A stretch of 64,000 nt of DNA from the human T2T-CHM13v2.0 reference genome, Homo sapiens: the NCBI RefSeq assembly GCF_009914755.1, contig NC_060928.1; one strand, 5' to 3'. The notes under the pieces are model-generated. The model was given only the letters and a program-made list of their open reading frames with translations, did no database searches and was not told where the DNA came from. The stretch's first letter is position 1. The number at the start of each line of letters is the position of its first letter. Shown here piece by piece: positions 1 to 12,615 of the stretch. Made by a program: the position numbers and the translations under genes.

Positions 1-310
1 AATTGGAAATCATCATTCTCAGTAAACTATCGCAAGAACAAAAAAACAAACACCGCATAGTCTCACTCCTAGGTGGGAATTGAACAATGAGATCACATGG
101 ACACAGGAAGGGGAATATCACACTCTGGGGACTGTTGTGGGGTGGGGGGAGTGGGGAGGGATAGCATTGGGAGATATACCTAATGCTAGATGACGAGTTA
201 GTGGGTGCAGTGCACCAGCATGGCACATGTATACATATGTAACTAACCTGCACAATGTGCACATGTACCCTAAAACTTAAAGTATAATAAAAAAATAAAA
301 AAGAAAATAA
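1..310 (+). mobile_element. L1PA2-like LINE-1 3' end with poly(A); 5' part lies outside the window
   Basis: L1 3'UTR (GGAATTGAACAATGAGATCACATGGACACAGGAAGGGGAATATCAC...AAAACTTAAAGTATAATAAAA). The diagnostic trinucleotide reads GAG (GATGACGAGTTAG), not the ACA or ACG of L1HS. Confidence 0.9.
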
Positions 311-2620
311 AAAAAAACACACAAAAAAGCTGAATATAGAAGGAATCTACCTCAACACAATAAAAGCCATATACAACAGAATCACAGCTATTATCATACT
401 GGATGAAGAGAAATTGAATGTCCTTCCTCTAAGAACTGAAACAAGACAAAGATGCATACTTTCACTACTGTTATTCAGCATACTACAGGAAATCCTGGCT
501 AGAGAAATTACAAAAGAGAAATAAATAAAAGGGCATTAAAATCAAAACAAAAGTCAGATTATTATTGTTTGTAGATATGATCTTAAAAAAACCTAAAAAC
601 TCTACCAAAAAATTATTAGAACTGATAAACAAATTCAGTAATGTTTAAGATATAAAATCAGCAAATAAAAATCAGTAGCATTTATATATGCCAATGGTAA
701 ACAATCTGAAAATGAGATCAAGAAAGTTATTCAATTTACAATAACTACAAGTATAAAATATAATACCCAGAAATAAACTTAACCAAAGAAATGAAAGATC
801 TCTACAATGAAAACTAGAAAACATTGATGGAAAAAAATTGAAGAGGACACAAAAAGTGGAAGATATCCCATGTTCATGGATTGGAAGAATAAATATTGTT
901 AAAATAATCACACTACTCAAAGCATTCTACAGATTCAATGCAATCCCTATCAAAATACCAATGACATTCTTCATAAAAATAATGAAACACTAAAATTTGT
1001 GTAAAATCAAAGACCAAAATAGCCAAAGCCATCCCGGGCAAAAAGAATAAAACTGAAGAAATCACATTACCTGACTTCAGATTGTACTACAGAGCTATAG
1101 TAACCCAAATATCATGGTATGGGCATAAAAATAGACACATAGATCAATGGAATATAATGGAAAATCCATAAATAAATTCATGCCTCTACAGTTATCTTAT
1201 TTTCAACAATGATGCCAAGAACATACACTGGAGAAAGGACAGTCTGTCCATAAAATGGTGCTGGGAAAATTGGGTATCTATATGCAGAAGAAAAAAACTA
1301 GACTCCTATCTCTCACCATATACAAAAATCAAATCAAATCAAAATGGATTAAACAGTTAAACCTAAGACCAGAAACTTTGAAACTACTAAAAGAATTGGG
1401 GAAGCTCTCCAGGACATTCACCTGGGCAAAGATTTCTTGAATAATCTCTCAACAGCATGAGCAACCAAAACAAAAATGGATAAATGGGATCACATGAAGT
1501 TAAAAATCTTCTACATGGCAAAGGGAATGGTCAAGAAAGTGAAGAGGTAATCCACATAATGGGAGAAAATATATGAAAACTACCCATCTGACAAGGGATT
1601 AATAGTCAGAATTTATAAGGACAACAACTCAAAAGGAAAACAATCTAATAATTCAATTTAAAAGTGAGCAAAAGATCTGAATAGACATTTCTCAAAAGAA
1701 GACATACAAATGGCCAACAGGTATATAAAAATGTTCAACATAATTAATCTTGCTCTAGTTAAAATGGCTTTTATCCAAAAGACAAGCAAATGCTGGCGAG
1801 GATGCTGAGAAAGGGGAACACTTATATACTGTTGATGGTAATGTAAATTAGTATAGCCACTATGAAGAACAGTATAGAGGTTTCACAAAAAACTAAAAAT
1901 AGAACTACCATATGATCCAGCAATCTCATTGCTCAGTAGGTACCCCAAAGTAAAAAATCAGTATATCAAAGAGATATCTGCACTCTCATGTATATTGCAG
2001 CATTATTCCAAATAGCCAAGATTTGGAATCGACTCAAGTATCCATCAAAATATGGATAATATTTTAAAAGTGTGGTAAGTGTGGTACATATACACAGTGG
2101 AGTATTAGTCATAAAAAGGAGATCCTGTCATTTACAACAACATGAATGGAACTGGAGGGCATTATGTTAAGTGAATTAATCCAAGCACAAAAAGACAAAT
2201 TTTACATGTTCTCACTCATATGTTGGGGCTAAAAATTAAAACAACTGAATTCCTGGAGACAGAGAGTAGAATGGTGGTTACCAGAGACTGGGAAGGGTAG
2301 CTAGAGGGTGCAAGGAAGAAGTGGGGATAGCTAATGGGTACAAACATATAGTTAGATAGAATGAATAACATCTAGTATTTGATAGCATGACAAGGTGACT
2401 ACATAAATCATGATTTATTGTATTTTTTAAAATGACTAAAAGAATGTAATTAGAATGTTCCTAACCCCCAAAATTATAAACGCTTGAGGTAACAGATATC
2501 CTAATTACCTTGATATGACTATCATGCATTGTATGCTTGGATCAAAACATTATATTTACCCCACAAATACGCACATCCACTAAAATTACCTAAAACCCCT
2601 AAAAGTTAAAATTAAATAAA
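311..2620 (+). mobile_element. Old L1 (L1MA3-5-like), degraded ORF2 3' half plus 3'UTR
   Basis: ORF2-like sequence (GGATTGGAAGAATAAATATTGTTAAAAT, AGACATTTCTCAAAAGAAGACATACAAATGG) and an L1MA-type 3'UTR (GGGTACAAACATATAGTTAGATAGAATGAATAA). Many stops and an internal deletion near 1750. Confidence 0.85.
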
Positions 2621-2639
2621 AGTCAGTTCTTTTACTTTA

Positions 2640-3815
2640 AATAATTAAACTCATTGTCAGAGTATCTTTCATAATAGTCCATTACCATTTAAATGTCTGC
2701 AGGATTTGTAGTGAGGCACATCATTATTGATACTAATAATTGTGCAACTCTTTTAGTCCTTGACAAACTCAAATAGAATTATATTAATTCTTTAAAATTT
2801 TCAAGAGTTAGCTTTGATTTTTTTAATCTCTACTCGTACTTGTTTTCTATTTCATTGATTTCTACTTATCTTTATTTTTTCTTCTTTCTGTTCATTTTAG
2901 GTTTCATTGACTCATTTAACAAAATTTCTTAAAGCGAATTCATTTCAAACCTTTCTCCTTTTCTTATATAAGCATTTAAACATTTAGCAGTAATTAGTTG
3001 TATTGACAAATTTTTATATGTAGTCTGCATTACCACTCACTTGAAATACTTCCTAAATATTTCTGATTTTCTAATGTTATGGTTTGGCTGTGTCCTTACC
3101 CAAATCTCATCTTTTAGTTCCCATAATCCCCACGTGTCATAGGAGGGTCCCGGTAGGAGATAATTTAATCATGGGACGGTTACGCTTATGCTGTTCTTGT
3201 GATAGTGAGTGAGTTCTCACAAGATCTGATGGTTTTATAAGGAGCTTGTCCCCTTTTTGCTTGACACTTCTCCTTGCTACTGTAATGCAAAGAAGAACAT
3301 GTTTGCTTTCCCTTCCACCATGACTGTAAGTTTCCTGAGGCCTCCCGAGCCATGCTGAACTGTGAGTCAATTAAATTTAATAAATTACCCAGTCGCGGGT
3401 ATGTCTTTATTAGCAGCATGAGAATGGACTAATACACCTAAATATCAATTTGGCAAATGATTTACTTTGATGTGTGTTGCTTAATACCCATATATTTGAG
3501 AATTTCCTTGATATCTTTATTTCTGATTTACTTTTATTTTGATAAAATATAATCCTTTGTGATTTACTTAGACATTTTTAATAGCCCAGCACATAGTCTA
3601 TCTTTATAAATGTTCCATGTACACTTGAAACTAATTTTCATTTGGCAATTTTGGGAAGTAGCGTTCAACATACATATATGAGGCTAAGATATTTGATGGT
3701 ATTGTTCAGTCTTTTTATATTCTTATCAACATTTTTTGTCTATTGTACAAATTAGAAAAAGAGAAGTATTAAAATCATATAGTGTTAAATTATGATTGTG
3801 AATACGTCAATTTTA
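2640..3815 (-). mobile_element. Ancient L1M fragment, interrupted by a THE1 LTR
   Basis: T-rich degraded antisense L1 sequence (AAATGTTCCATGTACACTTGAAA, GGTATTGTTCAGTCTTTTTATATTCTTA). Confidence 0.6.
3075..3436 (+). mobile_element. THE1 (THE1D/C-like) MaLR solo LTR
   Basis: TG...CA ends; TGTTATGGTTTGGCTGTGTCC start and GGACTAATACA end; 5-bp TSD TCTAA/CCTAA. Confidence 0.9.
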
Positions 3816-3865
3816 AGCTGTATTTTAGCTGTATATACACATATTTTACCTGTATACACACATAG

Positions 3866-6800
3866 GAAACAGGGAGTCTTTTCCCTACGGCTTTTCTTCT
3901 GTCAGCTTTGTTGAAGATCAGATGGTTGTAGGTGCATGGTCTTATTTCTGAATTCTCTATTCTGTTCCATCGGTCTATGTGCCTGTTTTTGTACTAGTAC
4001 TATGTTGTTTTGGTTACTGTATCACTAAGGTACAGTTTGAAGTCACGTAACATGATGCCTCTAGCTTTATTCTTTTTGCTTAGGATTGCCTTGGCTATTC
4101 AGCCTCCTTTTTTGGTTCCATATGAATTTTAATTTTTTTCTAGTTCTGTGAAGAATGTCATTGGTAGTTTGATAAGAATAGTATTGAACCAGTAAGTTGC
4201 TTTGGGCAACATGGCATTTTCATGATATTGATTCTTCCTATCCTTGACCATGGGACATTTTTCTATTTGTTAGTGTTTTGTCTTATTTCTTTGAGCAGTG
4301 TTTTATAATTCTCATTGTAGAGATCTTTCACTTTCCTTGTTAGTTGTATTCCTAGGTATTTTATTCCTTCTGTGGCAATTGTGAATAGGATTGCCTTTCT
4401 GATTTGGCTCTTGGCTTGTCTGTTTTTTCTTTTTATATATAGGAATGCTAGTAATTTTTGTACATTGATTTTGTATCCTGAAGCTTTGCTGAAGTTACTT
4501 TTTAGCTGAAGGAGCTTGCAGGCTGAGACTATGTTATTTTCTAGATATAGAATCATGTTGTCTGCAAACAGAGATAGTTTGACTTCCTCTCTTCTCATTA
4601 GGATGCCTTTTCTTTCTTTTGCCTGATTGCTCTGGCTAGGACTTCCAATACTATGTTCTATAGGAGTGGTGAGAGAGGGTTTCCTTGTCTCATTCTGGTT
4701 TTCAAGGAGAACGTTTCCAGCTTTTGCCCATTCAGTTTAATGTTGGCTGTGGTTTTATCATAGATGGCACTTATTATTTTGAGCGATGCTCCTTCAATGC
4801 CTAGCTTATTGAAGGTTTCTAACATAAAGGAATGTTGAATTTTACAAGAGCCTTTTCTGTGTCTATTAATATAATCATATGGTTTTTGTCTTTAGTTCTG
4901 TTTATGTGATGAATCACATTTATTCACTTGTATATGTTGAACCAACGTTGCATCCCAGTAATGAAGCCTACTTGATTGTGGCAGATTAGCATTTTGATGT
5001 GCTGCTAGATTTGGTTTGCCAGTATTTTATTGAGGATTTTTGCATAGATGTTCATCAAGGATATTGCCTGAAGTTTTCTCTTTTTGTTGTGTCTCTGTCA
5101 GGTTTTGGTATCAGGATGAGGTCGGCCTCATATAATGAGTTGGGGAGGAGTTCCTCCTCGAATTTTTGGGATTGTTTCAGTAGGAATGGTAGCATTTCTT
5201 CTTTGTACATCTGGTAGAATTTGGCTCAGGTCCTAGGATTTTTTTGGTTAGGTAGGCTGTTTATTACTGATGCAATTTCAGAGCTATTTGTTGGTCTGCT
5301 CAGGGAATCAATTTATTCCTTGTTTAGTCTTGGGAAAATGTATGGGTCCAGGAATTTATCCATCTCTTCCAGGTTTTCTAGTTTGTGTGAATAGAGGTGT
5401 TCATAGTTTCTGATGATTGTTTTTATTTCTGGGGCAGTGGTAACATTTTCTTCTTTATTTCTAATTGTGTTTATTTGGATCTTCTCTCTGTTCTACTTTA
5501 TTAGTCTAGCTAGTGGCCTATTTTAATAATTTTTTAAAGCAAACTCCTGGATTCCTTGATCTTTTGAATGACTTTTTCTATCTTGATTTCCTTCAGTTCA
5601 GCTCTGATTTTGGTTATTTATTCTCTTCTGCTAGCATAGGGATAATTTGTTCTTGCTTCTATAAATCTTCCAGTTGTTATGTTAGGTGATTAATTTGAGA
5701 TCTAACTTTGATGTGGGGATTTAGTGCTATGAATTTCCCTCTTAACACTGCCTTAGCTGTGTCCCAGATATTCTGATGTGTTATATGTTTGTTCTCATTG
5801 GTTTCAAAGAACTCATTGATCTCTGCCTTAATTTCATTATTTACCCCAAAGTCATTCAGGAGCATTTTGTTTAGTTTCTATGTACTTGCATGATTTTGAG
5901 TGATTTTTCTCTTGATTTCTTTTTTTTTTAAACATTCCATACTTTCTTTTTTATTATTATTATTATACTTTAAGTTCTAGGATACATGTGCACAACATGC
6001 AGCTTTGTTACATATGTATACATGTGCCATGTTGGTGTGCTGCACCCATTAACTCATCATTTACATTAGGTATATCTCCTAATGCTATCCCTCCCCCATC
6101 CCAACACCCCATGACAGGCCCCAGTGTGTGATTTTTATTGCCCTATTGTCAAAGAGTGTATTTGATAAGATTTCAGTTCTTTTGCATTTGCTGGGGATTG
6201 TCTTATGTTCAGTTTTGTGGTCAGTTTTAGTGCCATGTGCCATGTGGTGATGAGAATAATGTATGGTCTGTTGTTTTGGGATGGAGGTGTATCAGGTCCT
6301 TTTGGTTCAATTGTGAGTTCAGGTCTTAAATATCTTTGTTAATTTTCTGTCTCAGTGATCCATCTAATACTTTCAGTGGAGTGTTGAAGTCTCCCAATAT
6401 TATTGTGTGAGAGTTTATGTCTTTTTCTTGGTCTTCAAGAACTTGCTTTATGAATCTGGGTGCTCCTGTGTTGGGTGCATATATATTCAGAATAATTAGA
6501 TCTTCTAATTGAATTGAACCATTTACTATTATGTAATGGCTTCTTTGTCTTTTTGATCTTGTTTTGGCTTGAAGTCTGTTTTGTCAGAAATTAGTATGGC
6601 AACCCCTGCTTTTTTCTGTTTCTAATTTTCTTGATAGATTTTCCTTTATCCCTTTATTATGAGCCTATGGGTGTTATTAAGTGTGAGATGGGTCTCTTGA
6701 AGACAGCATACCATTGGGTCTTGCTTTTTCTAATCCAGCATTCTATTCTGTGCCTGTTATGTGGTGCATTTGGCCCACTTACATTCAAGGTTATTATTGA

Positions 6801-6897
6801 CATGTGTGGATTTGATCCTGCCATTGTGTTGTTAGCTGGTTATTATGTTGGTTTGTTTGTGTAGCTGCTTTTTAATGACACTGGTCTATATGTTTAA
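3866..6897 (-). mobile_element. L1PB/L1PREC-like fragment (end of ORF1 to ORF2 RT and beyond), lacking its 3' end
   Basis: Minus-strand ORFs 4263-4598 ([20 protein letters not shown]-like motif) and 5677-5865 ([16 protein letters not shown]) are L1 ORF2. No 3'UTR or poly(A). Confidence 0.9.
5920..6132 (-). mobile_element. Heavily 5'-truncated L1PA4-5-like 3' end nested in the L1PB fragment
   Basis: TTATACTTTAAGTTCTAGGATACATGTGCACAAC...CAGGCCCCAGTGTGTGAT, with a T/ATT tail on the left. Confidence 0.9.
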
Positions 6898-7395
6898 AAG
6901 TATCTTTTAAATCTCCATTGTTAACTATTTAGTCATGTCTCTTATTTTTTGTTGTCAGAGTTGTTTATTATTTCCCTACGGATTATAATATATATCCTTA
7001 ATTTATCTATCTGTAATAAAGTAATGCTTTGAAAGTAATGTTATACTATTTAATGTGTAATGTAAGATCCTTACAAAATATACATCATTTTGCACACTTT
7101 CCTTTTTTGGTGATTGTCATAGATTTTCTATCTACATTTGCTATAATCTCTACAATCTGTTGTTATTAATATACCTCAAATAATAAAGAGGCTCTTAAAA
7201 AATGACAGTCTATTTATCCACATATTTGCTATGTGTGATTTTTTTTTTTTGTATTTGAGTTTCCATCTAGTTCATTTGCCTTTAGTGCAAAAAAGTTTCT
7301 TTGACATTTATTATGTGCTGGCCTGTTGATGAAATCATTCTACTTGTATTTGTTTGAAAATATTTTTTATATCATCCTATTTTAGAATGTTTTTA
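6898..7395 (-). mobile_element. Ancient L1M fragment (inter-ORF-like), probable continuation of 2640-3815
   Basis: Degraded antisense L1 motifs (GTATTTGAGTTTCCATCTAG, GGCCTGTTGATGAAATCATTC). Confidence 0.5.
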
Positions 7396-8646
7396 GGAAA
7401 ATAAATCTAGCATTTAGCATATAGTAAGATAAGAATTGATATGGAGGAGGAATTAGAGTTATGGGAGTATATGGAAAAGGAATATTGCCCTATTTAGAAG
7501 GAGTTGAAAAATGTTTACAGCATAAGTGATACTTAAACTAATGTCTGAAAGATGAAAAGAATTGGGAAGATTGGTGAGTGAGAGAATCAGAGAGGTTAGT
7601 TAAGGTGTTTTCAAGCAAAAAGGAATATAATTTACTTAACCAAAATTCTACAGTATATTTTGATTTTTCCCTTTATTCCTTTTTACTATAATTAATCTAT
7701 TTGCATTTGCAAACTGCAGTATCTTCAAAATTTTATCTGCATATACTTGCAAGATTTACTCATAATAAAACTTCTAGAATTAAATATTTGAAGTAAAAAT
7801 AATGTACATTTTTTGTCTTTTGATACATACTGATTGGTGAAATTCCTTCCAGAGTGGTTTTATTGACATTTTCATCAGCAGCCTGTGAGAGTAATAGATT
7901 TTATATTCTTGAAGCTTAAAACACAATTGTTGAAGCCCCAGCTTCCTCTTTAGTTCCCTTTTCTCCATCATCATCGGGGCCACCTACAGATCCATTTTTC
8001 CCAATTCCCAGAAAAAGTCCAGACCTGAGGTGGAGACTACCAGGACTCCTTCAAAGCACCATTCTTGATCTCTGAGATAAATAACCTTTCCTGTCAGGCC
8101 AACTCCATTATTTCCCCTGACCTCATGTGCATCCCTTTGTCCTCGCTGTGATAAATTGGTTGGAAACTTAGCTTCTTCTAAAATGAGACTCCTGACTAAT
8201 TGTTAAACATTTCCATCCTAGGATTGAACACTTGCCTGTGGATTGCATCCTTCTGTCTGGATTCATCCTAGAAATTGCTGTCAAAGTCTTCCAATGCCAA
8301 TTGTTTCTCTGTCTTTTACAATGTCACCCACCGTGAAACCAAATGTTACTGTTCTCTGTTTACTCATAGGGAAGCCCCCTACAGGACACCTCAAGTTAAA
8401 GGACTTAACTTAAACCTACATTTAAAAACAAAACATAACTTTTATATAATAAAAATATTTACAACAATGTCCAAAATTTGTTTTAAATAACTTCAATAAT
8501 ATCAGGGATATGCATGCATATTGAACATAGAATAAAAATTTTAAGACAAAATAAACTTAATTTGAACATAAATTTATTTGTTGTGGTAAAGAATGTCTAC
8601 TTGCTGCAGGTGAGCTCTCAGAAAAATAAAGCCTCTTTTGCTGAAA

Positions 8647-10044
8647 TTTTTGAATTCACATTTTATAAATGTTCAGAGGTACATGTGCAGGTTTTTTACA
8701 TAGCTAAAATTGTGTCATGAGGGTTCGTTATAAAGATTATTTTATCACTCAGGTATTAAATCTAGTACTCAGTTATTTTTCCTGATCCTGTCTCCCCTCC
8801 CACCCTCCAGCCTTTGACGGGCCCCAGTATGTGTTGTTCTCCTCTATGTGTTCACATGTTCTCATCATTTAGCTCCCACTTATGAGTGAGAACACGTGGT
8901 ATTTGGTTTTCATTTTCTGTGTTAATTTGCTAAGGATAATGGCCTCCAGCTCCATCCATGTCATGATCAAGAAAGGACATGATCTCATTCTTTTTTATGG
9001 CTGCATAGTATTCCATAGTGTGTATATACCACATTTTCTTATCTAATTTGTCATTGATGGACATTTAGGTTGCTTTACTATTGTAAATAGTGCTGCAATG
9101 AACATATGCTTGTGTCTTTGTAGTAGAATGATTAATATTCTTGTGGGTATATACCCAGTAATAGGGTTGCTGGGTTGAATGGTATTTCTGTCTTTATGTC
9201 TTTGAGGAATCCAACCAATGTCAAACTATGTTACAGGGCTACAGTACCCAAAACAGCATGGTACTGGTACAAAAACAGACACATGGGCCAATGGAACAAA
9301 ATGTAGAACCCAGAAATAAGACCACAAACCTACAACTACCTAATCTTCACCAACCTGACAAAAATAAGGAATGAGGAAAGGATTCCCTATTCAATAAATG
9401 ATGCTGGAATAACTGGCTAGCCATATGCAGAAGATTAAAACTGGACCCCTTTTTTACGGCATATATAAAAATTAACTCAAGATGGATTAAAGACTTAAAT
9501 GTAAAACCCACAACTATAAAAATCCTGGAAGACAACCTAGGCAATACCATTCAGGACACAGGCATGGGCAAAGATTTCATGACAAAGACATCAAAAGCAA
9601 TTGTGACAAAAGCCAAAATTGACAAATGGGATCTAATTAAACTAAAGAGCCTCTGCACAGCAAAGGAACTATCATCAGAATAAACAACCTACTGAGTGGG
9701 AGAAAATTTTTGCAAATTAATCATCTGACAAAGGTCTAATATCTAGCCTCTATAAGGAATTAAAACAAATTCACAAGAAACAAAAACCCACAAAAACGTG
9801 GGTTTTCATAGACACTTTTCAAAAGAAGACATACATGCTACTAACAATCGAATGCAAAAAAGCTCAACATAACTGATCCCTGGATAAATGTAAATGAAAA
9901 CCACAGTGAGGTACCACCTCACACCAGTAGGAATGGCTATTACTAAAAAGTCAAAAATTAACAGATGCTGGCAAGGTTGAAGAGAAAAGGGAACACGTAT
10001 ACACTGTTGGTGGGAGTGTAAATTAGTTCAACCATTGTGGAAGA
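8647..10044 (-). mobile_element. L1PA12-14-like element with 5' inversion (twin priming)
   Basis: 8647-9210 is an antisense 3' end stopping at TTTGAGGAAT. 9212-10044 is sense ORF2 ending CCATTGTGGAAGA, which is adjacent in L1 to the antisense breakpoint (about 10 nt lost). No TSD recognisable. Confidence 0.88.
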
Positions 10045-11074
10045 TTTGTGCTTTTAGTAAATCTGTCCCTTAATGAAGTTTTTTTTTTTTTTTGCTAAAT
10101 ACAGTTACATATGTACATGGTGTGTATTTCATTAATCTTTTAGTTGTCCACAGAAAAGATAAGCTGTGTGTGCTTACAGAAATATTAATTCAATGAAACA
10201 TTCTTATCTTGGGGTTTGAATATCCTCTTCTGATGTGCAGACATTGATCCCAGCTTCCATTCACTCCCATACATACCTTGCCACAGAGCAGTATGGAAGA
10301 TCTAAAATTTCAATAACAAATAATAGAAAAACATATACCATTTTATATTTTAGTGCCACCACCGCCACACTCACACACACAGACACCTCCATGGGCAGGG
10401 TCATCATTAATTTATTCTTATCACAGGTAGCAACCACAAAGTGTGCATTCACGGGATGGAAGCATACCAGCAATCCTCTGTACTGTCTGACAACAGTGCC
10501 GGACCAGAGAATATGAAACAGAAACCTCAAATTAGGAGTTTTGTAATTTTCTTGGTTGCTTGACAACCTGAAATGTGAGGTGAACACCTGTATAAACTTC
10601 TCTGACCAAGGAGTGTGGAAATGCATCCTGCACCCCTCTTTATATTCCATCAACTTTTGTCACGTATTCTACCCATCCTTTCAAGCCCCATCTTAATTGT
10701 TGCCTCCCCCATAAATGTCTTTTCTGATCTCTCATAGCAAATATGAGGAATCTCCCTTCAAGCACTTTTTTCACTGTGATGGTGCTTTACATAAATTGCA
10801 ATGTAAGATAATAATCAATATGAAAGGGAAATTGGAAAGACTTATTAGATTGAATGGAAGAGGCACATTGCCCAGAGGGAGTTGGAAAAGGTTTTCAGTG
10901 TAAGTGATATGTAAACTAATATCTCAAAGATGAAAAGAACAAGGCAGATTGGTGAGTTATTTGTAAACATCAGTTACCTTAATTTCTTAATTGAGTGCGT
11001 ACCACGCACCGTTCACTGTGCTAAGTATTTTCAATGCTTTTACATGTTTTCTGTACTTTATACTTTTTTCCAAT

Positions 11075-11945
11075 AATAAAAGCCATGATATTATCCTTGA
11101 CTTATCTCTTCTCTCACATCCCTCTTACAAACAATCAGAAAATCTTTTTGATTTTTTGGTTAAAATAAATCTAGAGTCTAAGCCCTTCCCATCACCTTCA
11201 TTGTTATAATCTCAAATCAAGTCATATTCTTCTGAATGTCTTTTAATCCTTCTCCCTCTTTCACCATTTTCCACACTCCTGCTTTTCCCTACTTTTAGAA
11301 CTTCACTTCAAATTTAAGTCAGATTAAGTCACTCCTCAGGGAAATCCTTAAATGCTCCCCATTACCCTCAAGTAATACCAAAGTCCTTACAATCATCAAC
11401 GAAGTCCTACACAATATGATTCTTTTCTCCCATTCCTGATTTCATTTCCTAAAACCCTTCTCATCACCTTCTCTGTCCCAGACATGCTGGCTTTCTTGTT
11501 CTTCCTTCAACAAGCCAAGCTTGCCCCTACCTTAGCATTTTGTATTGGATGTGGTCTCTCCCTAAATTGCTTTTTCCAAGATGTAGGAAATCAATATTCA
11601 TCACCTCCTTCAGATCTTTGCTTAGCTGGAAATTTCTCTATGAAGCCCACCCTGACTACCATATTTAAAAGTGCAGCCCTCTCCCCAGGCCCTATTCCCA
11701 GTTATTTTATTCTGCACTACTCTACTGTTTCCCCCCACCATATCATTCATCAGCTTAACACATATGATAAAATTCACTTCTTTATTAAATCTACTGTTTA
11801 TCTTCAACCGATTTCCCTCCACTAGGAACTTAGTCATAAGAGGGTAGATATCTTTGTCTATTTCATTCACCAATATATATTAAGCATCTAATATAGTCTT
11901 TGGCAAAGAACAGGCATTCAGTAAACATTTTCCACTGAATGAATT
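11075..11945 (+). mobile_element. L2 (L2a-like) 3' portion
   Basis: Pyrimidine-rich L2 body ending in GCATCTAATATAGTCTTTGGCAAAGAACAGGCATTCAGTAAACATTTTCCACTGAATGAAT. Confidence 0.75.
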
Positions 11946-12479
11946 AAATCACTTAATTATTTCAATAAACCTAGAAGATAGGAAGAATTCTCTTAAACTA
12001 TTCTAAAAGGGCAATTAATGATGTCATTTCCTCCCAGCAAGTTATTGCCAAAGATTCAAACACAGATTTTGGATCAGACCTTTAATCCTAGCTCCAACTT
12101 TATTATGTTTCCTTACAGAACTATCCTGCAACATCTTTAAGAATAGGAATAGTATGTACCCCACAAACTTTTATGTCATCTCCATAATGTATATATTATG
12201 TTACACACAGTAAGTGTGCATTTCTCATTTATGTAATTGCCCTTAGCCAGTTTTTCCCAAGAAACAAGGTCTTTTTAGCTTAATGGTCTTCCTACGTTGG
12301 CCCGATAACAGTTGCCAAGAGAACATATCATACTTCCCTAGAAAGAGACCCAGAAATTATCTGAGTAAACCAAAGCCCAGAGGGGTCCAGCGGCCTGTGT
12401 TATGGCTATACAACTACTTCAAGAAAATATCAGGACACAGACTCTGCCATCATTAATCAAATTTTGTGATTTTATTTTT

Positions 12480-12615
12480 TTTAATGAGAACATGCTTATT
12501 CAATTAGATTGCAACTTTTTGAAGGCAGAGATTGTGTTGTCTCTTCTGAGTGCCTTGTAGTGTATGCATCACAATGTTAGGTACACCAAGGGAATTCATA
12601 AATACTTGTTTATGT
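12480..12615 (+). mobile_element. L2 3' end fragment
   Basis: TTAGATTGCAACTTTTTGAAGGCAGAGATTGTG...CATAAATACTTGTT. Confidence 0.55.

Noticed and set aside
7935-8400. GC-richer segment that might be an ancient ERV internal region or pseudogene
   Set aside because: I could not match any motif with confidence; it needs a Dfam or BLAST search.
10427-10516. Plus-strand acceptor TTCTTATCACAG followed by a 29-codon frame, as a terminal coding exon
   Set aside because: The peptide is unrecognised, there is no upstream exon or nearby poly(A) signal, and the motif alone is insufficient.
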